This document shows positions 37,915-49,721 of a DNA stretch of 64,000 nt, one piece after another. The notes beneath the pieces are model-generated. The model was not told the origin of the DNA and did not search any database. It saw nothing but the letters and a program-made list of their open reading frames with translations. The stretch covers positions 248,001 through 312,000 of the forward strand of contig JAXLNO010005869.1 in the NCBI GenBank assembly GCA_038087875.1, in the 5' to 3' direction. Position 1 is the stretch's first letter. Each line of letters opens with the position of its first letter. The position numbers and the translations under genes are program-made. Origin of the DNA: Malacoraja senta. Taxonomy: Eukaryota.

Positions 37915-38525
37915 TTGGTTTAGAGATACAGCGTGGAAATCGACCCTTTGGCCTATCATGTCTACACTAACCAGCGATTCCCATACACTAGTTCTGTTCT
38001 ACACACTAGGGACAATTTAGAGAAGCTGATTAATCTACAAATCCGTACGTCTTTGGGATGTGGGAGGAAACCAAAGCACCCGGAGGAGATAGACAATAGG
38101 TGCAGGAGTAGGCCATTCGACCCTTCGAGCCATTCAATGTGATCATGGCTGATCATTCCCAATCAGTACCCAGTTCCTGCCTTCTCCCCATATCCCCTGA
38201 CTCAGCTATCTTTAAGAGCCCTATCTAGCTCTCTCTTGAAAGTATCCAGAGAACCGGCCTCCACCGCCCTCTGAGGCAGAGAATTCCACAGACTCACAAC
38301 TCTCTGTGTGAAAAAGTCTTTACTCTTCTTTGTTCTAAATGGCTTCCCCTTATTCTTAAACTGTGGCCCCTGGTTCTGGACTCCCCCAACATCGGGAATG
38401 TGTTTCCTGCCTCTGTAGTCCATGTGGTCACAGGGAGAGCGTGCAAACTTCACACGGATAGCACCGAAGATCGGCTTCAAACCCAGGTCTCTGCTCTGTG
38501 AGGCAGCAGCTCTGCCACTGCTGCC
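37915..38525 (-). mobile_element. V-SINE split by a CR1 3' fragment (about 38090-38412)
   Basis: SINE tail at 37915-38088 and head at 38415-38525; CR1 motif FFTQRVVSLWNSLP lies between. Confidence 0.75.
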
Positions 38526-38943
38526 ATTTGAATGGGCAATAAGTGCTGGCCTGACCAGCAATGTTCAGATCTTGAATCTATATTACTAAAAGTCAAATCT
38601 TGACCACTTCCTGTTTTTCGGTTTCATTATTTCAGAAAAAACGCTGCCACTTACGGCTGTGATTTTTGGCCATCTTACTCAGAGTCCCCCTCCACTGTGC
38701 AGGACAAGAGGATTTTTCCCATCGATGAAAAATAAAAGTTATTAATGTTTTTAAAATGTTTACATTTTTTCTGCTACCCCGTGCTGGTGGGAGGGACTAT
38801 AAAACCCAGAAGTGTTGTGCCTCACTCAGTCTCTGCAAGATGGAGGAAGCCAGAGGGTCACGTTTCTCTGAGCTGTGAATAACACTGAACACATGTCTAC
38901 TCAACTGTGAATGCCCTTAAAGTGGTTTGAAAATGTGGTGGTG

Positions 38944-39267
38944 GTTGTTTTGAAATGCTGCAGTGCAAATGGTTGTTGGTGGGGGTTGCTTTGAAATGCT
39001 GCACTGCAAATGGTTGTTGGTGGGGGTTGTTTTGAAATGCTGCAGTGCAAATGGTTGTTGGTGGGGATTGTTTTGAAATGCTGCACTGCAAATGGTTGTT
39101 GGTGGGGGTTGTTTTGAAATGCTGCACTGCAAACGGTTGTTGGTGGGGGTTGCTTTGAAATGCTGCACTGCAAGCGGTTGTTGGTGGGGGTTGCTTTGAA
39201 ATGCTGCACTGCAAACGGTTGTTGGTGGGGATTGCTTTGAAATGCTGCATTGCAAATGGTTGTTGGT
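38944..39267. repeat. 41-bp minisatellite, about 8 copies
   Basis: tgaaatgc recurs at 38951, 38992, 39033, 39074, 39115, 39156, 39197 and 39238. Confidence 0.95.
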
Positions 39268-39640
39268 CTAAACTTGACAACTTCCTGTTTGCACTGTATA
39301 TTGATTTTAGATAAAACACTCACTTACGGCTGTAATTTTTGGCCATCTTACTCAGTCCCCCTCCGCTCATCAGGTGCAGAGAATTCTTCCCATCAATGAA
39401 AAATAAAAGTGTTATTAGTGTTTAAAAAAATGTTGAGAATCTCTCTCGTCAATCATGCCATGAAGGCCACGCCCCTTCCAGTGGGAGGGGGAGGGATTGT
39501 AAAACCCGGAAGTGTGGGTGTGGCTCTGTCTCTGCAAGATGGGGAGGGAGAGGTCATGACTCTGAGCTGTGAATCAACTGAACACACTGAATGTCTACTG
39601 AACTGTGAGTGTGGTGTTTTGTGTGGTTTTATGGTGGTTT

Positions 39641-40280
39641 CACCCTGCTTGAAATGCTATGAAACTGCATTTGAATGTGGTGGCCTTGCACCCTGCATGA
39701 AGGTATGAAATTGCATTTGAATTTGGTGGCCTTGCACCCGGCATGAAATGGTATGAAACTGTATTTGAATTTGGTGGCCTTGCACCCTGCATGAAATGGT
39801 ATGAAACTGCACTTGAATTTGGTGGCCTTGCACCCTGCTTGAAATGGTATAAAACTGCATTTGAATTTGGTGGCCTTGCACGCTGCATGAAATGGTATGA
39901 AACTGCACTTGAATTTGGTGGCCTTGCACCCTGCTTGAAGTGGTATGAAACAGCACTAGCATTTGGTGGCGCTACACCCTGCTTCAAGTGGTAGGAAACT
40001 GCACTTGAGTTTGGTGGCCCTGCACCCTGCTTGAAGTGGTATGAAACTGCACTTGAATTCGGTGGCCTTGCATCTTGCTTGAAATGGTCGGAAACGGCAC
40101 TTGAATTCGGTGGCCTTGCAACCTGCTTGAAGTGGTCAGAAACTGCACTTGAATTCGGTGGCCTTGCACCCTGCTTGAAGTGGTAGGAAACTGCACCTGA
40201 ATTTGATGGCCTTGCACCCTGCTTGAAGTGGTATGAAACTGCAATTGAATTTGGTGGCCTTGCACCCTGCTTGAAATGGA
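39641..40280. repeat. 48-bp minisatellite, about 13 copies
   Basis: Unit gaaactgcatttgaatttggtggccttgcaccctgcttgaaatggtat; the same unit occurs at about 60394-60830 and, inverted, 63660-63748. Confidence 0.95.
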
Positions 40281-41639
40281 ATTTCAAGGAATAGCTGTGT
40301 CAACTGCTAGCCCACCAGCCGTGAGTGAGCTGCCAGCACATCAGGCTTGAGTGACTGAGCTGTCACCCCAAGAATCCATTTGGCCCACAATGTCCATACT
40401 AGCCCTCTGGAAACCAGTCCCTTCAGCCCACAATACCACTCCAGAAAGCCCCCCCCCCTCCCCCCCCCCCACACTGGCCACCAATATTGGAATTGGTAGA
40501 GAGGTGGAATATTGCGTTGGGGGACCAGCCCTCCCGTGTGAACATGGGACCCAATGGATCCCACTTGGTCTAGTATGAATATAAAAACAGCTAAATGTTT
40601 TACCATGGAATAGAATTTCTAGGTTTGGAATTATTTGCCTCCATTTTGTTTGATTTAAGCCTAAGTAACGTAATTTATATCAAGAAGAAGTTAAACAAAA
40701 TCATTTTGGAAATCTTTCCAAATGGAAACTGCCATAAATAATAAGCGACGGTGATGTTAATATCACTGTCTGCAAAATCTGGAACTGCATCGAGATTGTA
40801 ACTAGTGGTCTGAAGCAACTGTTACTTAAGCAAAATATAACAAACTGTAAACAACAACAGTCTTTCTCTGCATTTATAAGGAAGTGATCTAATTGAGAAG
40901 ATCATGTTGCAAATGGAACAAAACATTTGTCTGGAACTGTTGACTGAAAGCAGAGACGGATGATTTTCTTGAAGTCACTCCAGCGCACTCATTAGTAAAA
41001 ATGTTTTCATGCTGGCTCGTGTCCACTTTTATCCCAGTTGTAGAGTTATGATGGTTTTAACATTGCATTAATTCACATTATCAAAAAAATCTCCAGCAAA
41101 TGAATGAATTATGTTTTGACAGTGCCTAAGCAACCAGTTAGGGTCTACAAATTCACTAAAAGGTATTCTGCAATCAAATTCTTCAAGCATTAATTGTATT
41201 TTCTATACAGAAATAGGCAGTGTGCAATATAATAAAATCCAGACAACGTATTAGAAACTCTTGCGTTTTAACACTGGGGATCCTGAGCTGTACTCCACTG
41301 CTGAAATGATATTGAATGAAAGATGCATCAGTTTTCTCTGGAGCCGTGTCTGTAGTTAGTAAATGTCATTTCTCTTCCTCCTCATCCTCCTGTCAGTTGC
41401 AAACAGAATCTGGTGTAACACTCTGTTGAGAGTTGGATCGTATTGTGTGCATCAGACCCCAAATACTTTACCAACCCTTTCTCGGGCACTTTGCTAGGAT
41501 CTTTCTCTTAGTGGTCAAAATTGCAAACATGTTTTTTGTTTCTTGCTCCTCAGTAACTACAAGAATCTAATAGAGTTGCTTGAGAGGTTCTGAAGAAAAC
41601 AGGATGCAGCACAGCTGGGTCTGTTAACTCCTCTGCCAC

Positions 41640-42090
41640 TACACAAAGCAGCCTTCCCCACCACCCCTTCAGCCTAGTCAACTATCTACACATCACGCTG
41701 CCTCGGGAAAGCAGCCAATATTGTCAAGGACCACTCACGCCCCATCTTCTCTCCCCCGTCAAGCAGAAGATGTCAAAGCTTAAAAGCGCATACCACTAGA
41801 TTCAAGAACAGTTTTCTTCCTCGTTTTATTGAGACAGTTGAATGGCCTCCCCATTAGTTGAGGATGTATTCACAAACTTTAAATCTACCTCATTTTGGTC
41901 CTTGCCCTTGTACTTTTTAGAAGTCTACACTTTCTCCGTAGCTGTAAAAGTATTCTGCACTCTGTTTCCTTTCTCTTTTGTGCTACCTGTTGTACTTCTC
42001 TATGGTGTGATCTACGTGGATAGTATGAAAAACACTCACGATCTCAGTGGAAAATAATGTGACAACATGTGACAATAATAAACTAATACC
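41640..42090 (+). mobile_element. Rex1-type LINE 3' end, old
   Basis: cacgctgcctcgggaaagcagccaat...aacagttttcttcc...gtgacaataataaac matches other Rex1 3' ends. Confidence 0.7.
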
Positions 42091-42144
42091 AATTCCAGAC
42101 CTGGTGTGTGTTGGGCTAATAACAGATGCTGGCAATTACACCTC

Positions 42145-43050
42145 TGGACCAGCAGGTTGTGAGTTCAAGTCCCACTCCAGAGATGCGAGTACAGAAAGTT
42201 AGGATGACATGCCAGTGAGGGTGTGTTTAATCGTCAGATGTTATTTGTGGAATTCCCTGCCACAGAGGGCAGTGGAGGCCAAATCACTGGATGCATTTAA
42301 GAGAGAGTTGGATAGAGCTCTAGGAGCTAGTGGAGTCAAGGGATATGGGGAGAAGGCAGGCACGGGTTATTGATTGGGGATGATTAGCCATGATCACTAT
42401 AAATGGCAGTGCTGGCTCGAAGGGCCGAATGGCCTCCTGCACCTATTTTCTATGTTTCTATGTTATTTCTATTATTAATAAAGATAGCGTGGAAACAGAC
42501 CCTTCGACCCACCGAGTCTACACCGACCATTGATCACACTAGTTCTATGTTACCCCCCTTTCTCATGCACTCCCAATACATTAGGAGCAATTTAGAGGGG
42601 CCAATTAATTTATAAACCTGTAAAAAAAAGAACGGCAGATGCTGGTGCATAGCGAAGATACAGTGCTGTAGTAATTCATCAGGTCATCAGCATCTATGGA
42701 GAAAATGGATGTGTGATGTTTCGGGTCGGGACCCCCCCCCTACAAACCTGTACGTCTTTGGGATGTGGGAGGTAATGCACGTGGTCAATGGGAGAACGTG
42801 CAAACTCCTTACAGACGGCATCCGAGATATAGATCAAACCTGGGTCTCTGGTGCTGTGAGGCAGCAGGTATATCAGCTGCATCACTCTGCCACCCAGATG
42901 TCTCAATGATACGTTAAATTGCAACCCATTAGTTCTCCAAGGGTGCAAGTGTTTCCATGGCATTTTAATGGAGACCATGGGAGATGGGTCTTGCATCCTT
43001 GTCAGTACTTGTCCCTTAGTCAATATCACTAAAAGATTAGCTGGTCTGTC
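42145..43050 (+). mobile_element. Deu-domain SINE (SacSINE1-like) broken by CR1, V-SINE and pLTR insertions (about 42240-42893)
   Basis: Head gagttcaagtcccactccagaga...; after the inserts, gatacgttaaa...ccatggcattt...caatatcactaaaagattagctggtc resembles the recalled Deu core. Confidence 0.55.
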
Positions 43051-44089
43051 TAACAATGCACTAGGTAGTTAAAAAACAAAAATGTTGGGAATTCTCAGCA
43101 AGTCGGGCAGCATCTAAAGAAAGAGAAACTGAGTTAACATTTCAGACCGTTCATTAGATTTGCCATTATCCAGTCAGCTATTCAGGAATATTGATTGCTG
43201 CCTGTTCCAAATAAATTAAAGGGAATCTTAGCTACTGACGAAGAAGAATCACCAAAGGGCACCCTGTGTTGAGTGTGTGAACCTTGCTTTGTGGAACATT
43301 TAAACATTTGTAGTTATTAGAGGGGTTTTGTACCTGAGCTGACAGTTATCCTGTTACGTGATTATTCTGAGTCCTCGTCCTGAACATTACCTCTGCATCT
43401 CTCGCCACAGATGCTGCTTGACGCTGTGAGTTTCCAGTGTTTTCTGCTTTTATTTTAAATTCTGGTCTCTGGATCAATAATCCAGATCCTCAGCTGCTGA
43501 CCCAGTAATGTTAACACTCTGCTGTTGCCTGCCACCTGGCCCAGTTCCTTTGCGCAATAGTCACTGTCCTCAGTAATACTCGAGTAGCTGAGACGTGGAA
43601 TATCCTCAGATTGCGAAAAAAAACAGAAATGCCATTTATCTTGAACTTTAAAAAAACACAATTGTCCCGATGTAACCAAAATGCTGAACAGGACAAAACA
43701 TAATCTAAATGTATACTGGATTTTCCAATCAAGCATAAACATTTGCTGTGATTTGCATAAATTCATTTGGGATAGTGGTATAGAACACTGCCGTATAGGA
43801 GAGTATACACTTCTGCCCACAATGTATGTGCCGAACAAGTGATCTATATCCCTTGATTCCCTGCATTTCCACGTGCCTGTCTAAAAGCATCTTAAATGCC
43901 AAGATCGTATGCGCTTACACCACCACCTCTGGCAGCACCACTCTGTATTTAAAAAAAAAACTTGCACCACATATCTCCTTTCAATTTTGGCCTTTCCACC
44001 TTAAAGCCTTAAATCTTAACCCTTAAATCTTTGACATTTCCACCCTGGGGGAAAAAGGCTTTCACTGTCCACCCTTTGCCCCATATGAC

Positions 44090-44645
44090 ACATCTTTGAC
44101 CAACTTCTACCAATGCACCATAGAAGCAGACTGTCAGCTTGCATCACAGCTTGATTTGGAAACATCCCTGCCCAAGACTGCAAGAAATTGCAGAGAATAG
44201 TAGAAGTAGCCCAGTCCATCATACAGACCAGATTCATTACCATTGTCCTTCTACAATTATGCTGCCTCACAAAAACACCCAACGTAATGGCAGACTTTCC
44301 CACCCTGGTTATTCCTCCTCCTCCCGTCTCGCAGAAGATGCAGCAGCTGAAAAGCGAGCACCACTAGACACGGGACAGCTTCTTCCCCTAGGTCATCAGA
44401 TTTCTGAATGTTCCCTCCATAAGCTAGAGTATCTTACCTCTACCTCATCGTGGGTACTGGTCTTTGTGTATGGAACTGATGTGCTACAATGCTGATAGTC
44501 ATATTCTATACTCTATCTTCCCCTTTGCTTTACTAGAGTTTGACTTGATTATATTTATATATAGTATATCTGATAAATATTATACTTAGCATCCAAACAA
44601 AGCTTTCCACTGTACCGCAGTACACGTGACAATAATAAACCTGAA
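44090..44645 (+). mobile_element. Rex1-type LINE 3' fragment
   Basis: caacttctaccaatgcaccatagaa...gtgacaataataaacc. Confidence 0.75.
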
Positions 44646-46284
44646 GTAAAACCAACAACGGAGGATCATCAGCAGGGAAACTGGGTTTTAGTGCCCAGTA
44701 ATGACGTGTAATTTAACATGGGTTCTTCCCGACAATTTATTTTACAGCTGCTTTAAAGAGCAATTAAGTTACATAAGGCATAGTCGCGCTGTAAAAATAG
44801 AAAATAATTCAAACAGCATAAAATAAATGTTTGTAGTTAATGAACTTGCAGGGAATATCAAATTCTGCCTGGTTCACACCAGCTTCAAGTCCAAGCCTCA
44901 TCTGTTTAACAAAACCCTGTGCTGCCTTTGAAGGAGTAACTTAAATCAGTGGTCGGGCTAGGCTGATGCTGTCATTTTAATGCTTTAATAACGTGTTGGA
45001 TCTGCAGCAGATAGTGTGCATCAGGAAAGACGGCAAAGCTGGCTAAAACAGACAACTGAAACCAGCTCCGAGGGGAGTTTGCACGTTAACCAGTGAACTA
45101 TCCTGGGAATCTCGTGGAGTAGGGAACGTTGGCAGCTCCAAGTAATTTAACATTCCTGGTCTAAACCCAGTAAAGCATCGGGGTGGACGAGGGATTAATT
45201 CTACTGCTGAAGAAAGCTGAGCATAATTAAGGATGCTGTGGAATGGTTTCATACTGAGGGAGGTTATTGCGTGCACCTGAGCTGACAGTTGGTTAACTGT
45301 GACATTTTGTAGCAATGTTTCTGCACAGACTGTACTGAGTGTTGCAACTTCCAATCTGTCTGATGGGGGTCAGCTGGATGAGTAACCGAGGTGTCCTTGG
45401 TTTAAGACTAAGATAGGATCCTTTTGAACACTTTTGTGATTTGTCTGAGAAAGTTGTTGTGGCGTTTAGGTTGTGTTTCGATACATCCCATTACTTGTAT
45501 CTTCATTTAGTTTTGGCTCTTCTGCCCCTCTGCCTTCCTCTGTCGCACCTGCTCTGTTCCCCTTTTCATGAACCCAATCCTTGGCCCCTATTTCCTGACG
45601 ACATTGTAGGATGCCATTTTATCCCATCAATGCCAGCTCACTGAACAATTCCATTCCGCCCCCCCCCCCCCCGCTCATTTCTTCAGTACTCTATGCTCCC
45701 CACATTGCTATTCACTGAACACCCCCCCCCCCCCCCACTCTACCAATCCACTCTCCCAGTCTCCATTCTACCACTCACCCACACACTGGGGACAACAGAG
45801 AATAAGCCCACCACCCTCCATGTCTTTGGGGATGTGGGAAGCAACCAGAGCAGCTGGAGGAATACAGCAAGGTCACGCAGAATGTGCAAACTCCAGACAG
45901 ACAGCATCAGGGTGGTATTATTGCCCTAGTTAAGGTCATAAGTGATAGGAGTAGAATTAGGCCATTCGGCCCATCAAGTCTACTTCGCCATTCAATCATG
46001 ACTGATCTATCTCTCCCTCCTAACCCCATTCTCCTGCCCTCTCCCCATAACCTCTGACACCCGTACTAATCAAAAATCTATATCTCTTCCTCAAAAATAT
46101 CCACTGATTTGGCCTCCACAGCCTTCTGCGGCAAATAATTCCACAGATTCACCACCCTCTGACTAAATAAATTTCTCCTCCTCTCCTTCCTAAAAGAATG
46201 TCCTTTAATTCTGCCATTCCTTGGCCTGCTTGCCCAGTTGATCCAGATCCTGCTGAACTTCTTGATAACCATCCTCACTGACTG

Positions 46285-47100
46285 ATCAAGAGTCAAGATA
46301 GTTTTATTGTCATGTGTCTCAGATGGGACAATGAAATTCTTAATTGCTGCAGCACAACAGAATATGTAAACATAATACAGAACAGGAGATAAAAGTTCAG
46401 TGTGTCTATATACCATAGACCATATGTACACAATAAATAAACAGATAAAGTGCAATGGACTGTTATTGTTCAGAGCTTGTTTGATGTTGTATTTAGTAGC
46501 CCAATGGCTGTGGGGAAGAAGCTGTTCTTGAACCTGAATGTTCTAGATTTCAAGCTCCTGTACCTTCTTCCCGATGGCAATGGTGAGATGAGAGTGTGGC
46601 CAGGATGGTGTGGGTCCTTGATGATGCTGGCTGCCCCTTTGAGGCAGCGACTGCGATAGATCCCTTCGATGGAGGGGAGGTCAGAGCCGATGATGGACTG
46701 GGCAGTGGTCACAACTTTCTGCATTCTTTTCCGCTCCTGGACATTCAAGTTGCTGAACCAAGCCGTGATGCAGCCAGTTAGAATGCCCTCTACTGTGCAC
46801 CGGTAGAAGTTCGAGAGAGTCCTCCTTGACAAACCGACTCGCTGTAATCTTCTCAGGAAGTAGAGGCGCTGATGTGCCTTCTTTATAACTGCATCAGTGT
46901 GCTGGGACCAGGAAAGATATTTGGAAATATGCACGCCCTGGAATTTGAAGTTCTTGACCCTTTCCACCATCGTCCCGTTGATATAAACGGGATTGTAGGT
47001 CCCCATCCTACCCCTTCCGAAGTCCACAATCAGTTCCTTGGTTTTGCTGGTGTTGAGAGCCAGGTTGTTGTGCTGCCACCATTTGCTCAATCGGTCGATG
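46285..47100 (-). mobile_element. Young Rex1/Babar LINE 3' fragment inserted in CR1 remnants
   Basis: ORF 46470..47090 is very similar to ORF 36723..37589. Confidence 0.92.
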
Positions 47101-47998
47101 ATGCCACCTATTTAAGTGTCATCTGCAAACTTACTAATCATGCCCTGTCCATTCTCATCCGAATCGGATGACAGCAATGCCACCACTAGGCACAGGCCTC
47201 AGTCTGAAATACAACCTTCCATCGCCATCAAAGGCCTTACTGAAGTCCATATAGACAATGTCTACAGCTCTGCCCTCATCATCCATCTTGATTTATTCTA
47301 CAAAGAACTCAATCAAATTTGTGAGACACTATCTCCAATGCACAAAACCACACTAACTATCTGTAATCAATCCCTGTCTATCCAAATGCATGTTTATCTT
47401 ATCCTTCAGAATCCTACCAGCTGTTTTTTTTAATCTCCCGCGATGCTCTTCTCAGCTGTTCATGTGACAGTAAAACAGACCTGGCCTCGGGCTAATGGCT
47501 ACTTTTAAATCTCTTCTCCAATTCCCCTTTAAATTTCACTTTCTCCATCACCCACCCAAAGTTCCTGCGTACTTTCTGTGCTTTTGCACTAACGGACTTC
47601 ACATCTCGGCTGATCTTAACTCATGAGACCTTCTCCTGATCTCGTTATTCTGCTCCATACTTGCATCATAGCTCAGCCTTGGTGCAGATGGTCAAAGAGA
47701 CTGGCATGGATGTGGTGGGCTGATTTGTTATAAAATATTGCTTGAATTCCCATTTTTTCTTACAGTCAAGATGACAGTGAACTTGAATCTTTATCCATGC
47801 AGACTATTTGCAGCATCTCACAAATTGCCACTTGTCTAATGGATCAGTGTTCTATATTCCTGAGTACATTTTGTTCTCCATTGACAGAGAGTCATGGGTG
47901 AAACAGAAACAAGCCCTCGCAAGGATTTCAGGTCCTCCCTGGTGTAGGATGCAGGTGACAGTGCGCTTTTATCTTCTGGTGTCCCTTTGATTGTCTAT

Positions 47999-49240
47999 GT
48001 TTAAGAAGGAACTGCCGATACTGGAAAATCGAAGGTAGACAAAAATGCTGGAGAAACTCATCCGGCACTCAAATACACCTGGACCATTTCCGACATCTCC
48101 CTACCATTTCTAGACATCACTATCTCCATCGCAGGTGACAGACTACTGACCGACATCTACTATATCTACTATACTGACTCCCATGGCTATCTGGACTACA
48201 CTTCTTCCCACCCTGCTTCCTGTAAGGACTCCATCCCCTACTCCCAATTCCTCCGCCTACACCGCATCTGCTCCCAGGATGAGGTGTTTCAAACCAGGGC
48301 ATCGGAGATGTCATTCTTTAGGGAACGGGGGTTCCCTTCTTCTACTATAGATGAGGCTCTCACCAGGGTCTCTTCTATATCCCGTAACTCTGCTCTCACT
48401 CCCCATCCCCCCCACTCGTAACAAGGGCAGAGTCCCCCTTGTCCTCACCTTCCACTTTACCAGCCGTCACATACAACAAATTATGCTCCAACATTTTCAC
48501 CACCTCCAACGGGATCCCACCACTGGCCACATCTTCCCATCTCCTCCACTGTCTGCTTTCCGCAGAGACTGCTCCCTCCATAAAGCCCTGGTCAATTCGT
48601 CGCTTCCCACCCAAACCACCTCCTCTCCTGGCTCTTTCCCTTGCAACTGCAGGAAATGCTACACTTGTCACTTTACCTCCCCCCTTGACTCAATTCAAGG
48701 ACCCAAGCAGTCTTTCCAGGTGTGGCAGAGGTTCACCTGCACCTCCTCCAACCTCATCTATTGCATCCGCTGCTCTAGGTGTCAGCTGCTCTACATCGGT
48801 GAGACCAAGCGCAGGCTTGACGATCGCTTCGCCGAACACCTCCGCTCGGTTCGCAATAACCAACCTGATCTCCCTGTGGCTCAGCACTTCAACTCCCCCT
48901 CCCATTCCAAATCCGACCTTTCTGTCCTGGGCCTCCTCCATGGCCAGAGTGAAGGCCCACTGTAAATTGGAGGAGAAGCACCTCATATTTCGCTTGGGTA
49001 GTTTACACCCCAGGGGTATGAACATTGACTTCTCCAATTTTAGGTAGTCCCTGCTTTCTCCTTCTTTCCCCTCCCCTTCCCAGCTCTCCCGCAGCCCACC
49101 GTCTTCACCTCTTCCTTTCTTCTTTCCGTCCCCCCACCCCCACATCAGTCTGAAGGAGGGTCTCAACCCGAAACATCGCCTATTTCCTTCGCTCCATAGA
49201 TGCTGCCTCACCCGCTGAGTTTTTCCTGCATTTTTGTCTA
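47999..49240 (+). mobile_element. Penelope-like retroelement, 5'-truncated, with GIY-YIG endonuclease and inverted 5' pLTR piece
   Basis: ORF 48351..48965 NLIYCIRCSRCQLLYIGETKRRLDDRFAEH; 47999-48060 is a reverse-complement pLTR end; flanked by cctttgattgYctat. Confidence 0.93.
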
Positions 49241-49289
49241 CCTTTGATTGCCTATCATCCCTCCTCGCTTGTTCTCTTTTTAAAAAAGA

Positions 49290-49720
49290 ATAACCTTTTT
49301 AGTTTAGTTTGGAGATACAGTGCAGAAACAGGCCCTGCGGTCCACTGAGTCCGTGCCGACCAGCGATCCCCGCACATTAACACTACCCTACATACACTAG
49401 GGACAAGTTTATCGAAGCCAATTAACCTACAAACCTGTATGTCTTTGGAGTGTGGGAGGAAACCCACGCAGGTCACGGGGAGAACGTACAAACGCTGTAC
49501 AGACGGCACCCGAAGTCAGGATTGAACCCAGGTCTCTGGCCCTGTAAGCAACCTTGTTCCCTTTGTTTAAGAAGGGACGCTGGTGCAGTGGTAGAGTTGC
49601 TGCCTTACAGCACCGAAGACCCATGTTTGATCTTGACTACGGGTGCTATCTATACGGAGTTTGTACGTTCTCCCCGAGACAGTTTGGGTTTTCTCCGAGA
49701 TCTTTGGTTTCCTCCCATTA
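49290..49720. mobile_element. Two divergent V-SINEs (about 49290-49550 minus; 49575-49720 plus)
   Basis: gggacgctggtgcagtggtagagttgctgccttacagc head on the plus strand; a reverse-complement body and tail lie to the left. Confidence 0.8.
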
Positions 49721-49721
49721 T

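Larger units (their letters stand above)
38577..40573 (+). mobile_element. Non-autonomous Helitron (copy B), composite with two 5' modules
   Basis: A|TCTATATTACTAAAAGTC start; hairpin TGGGACCC-aat-GGATCCCA at 40545-40563; CTAG|T end at 40570-40573; no TSD. Confidence 0.9.

Noticed and set aside
38897-39323. Three overlapping minus-strand ORFs
   Set aside because: The 41-bp unit lacks stop triplets on that strand in any frame; not evidence of coding.
39640-40287. 215-aa repetitive ORF (HFKQGARPPNSSAVSY)n, or a CRISPR-like array
   Set aside because: Head-to-tail 48-bp minisatellite inside a Helitron with no unique spacers. The ORF arises because the unit is a multiple of 3 with a stop-free frame.
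49575-49645. tRNA gene
   Set aside because: A/B-box-like head of a V-SINE continuing into the V-domain; no complete cloverleaf.
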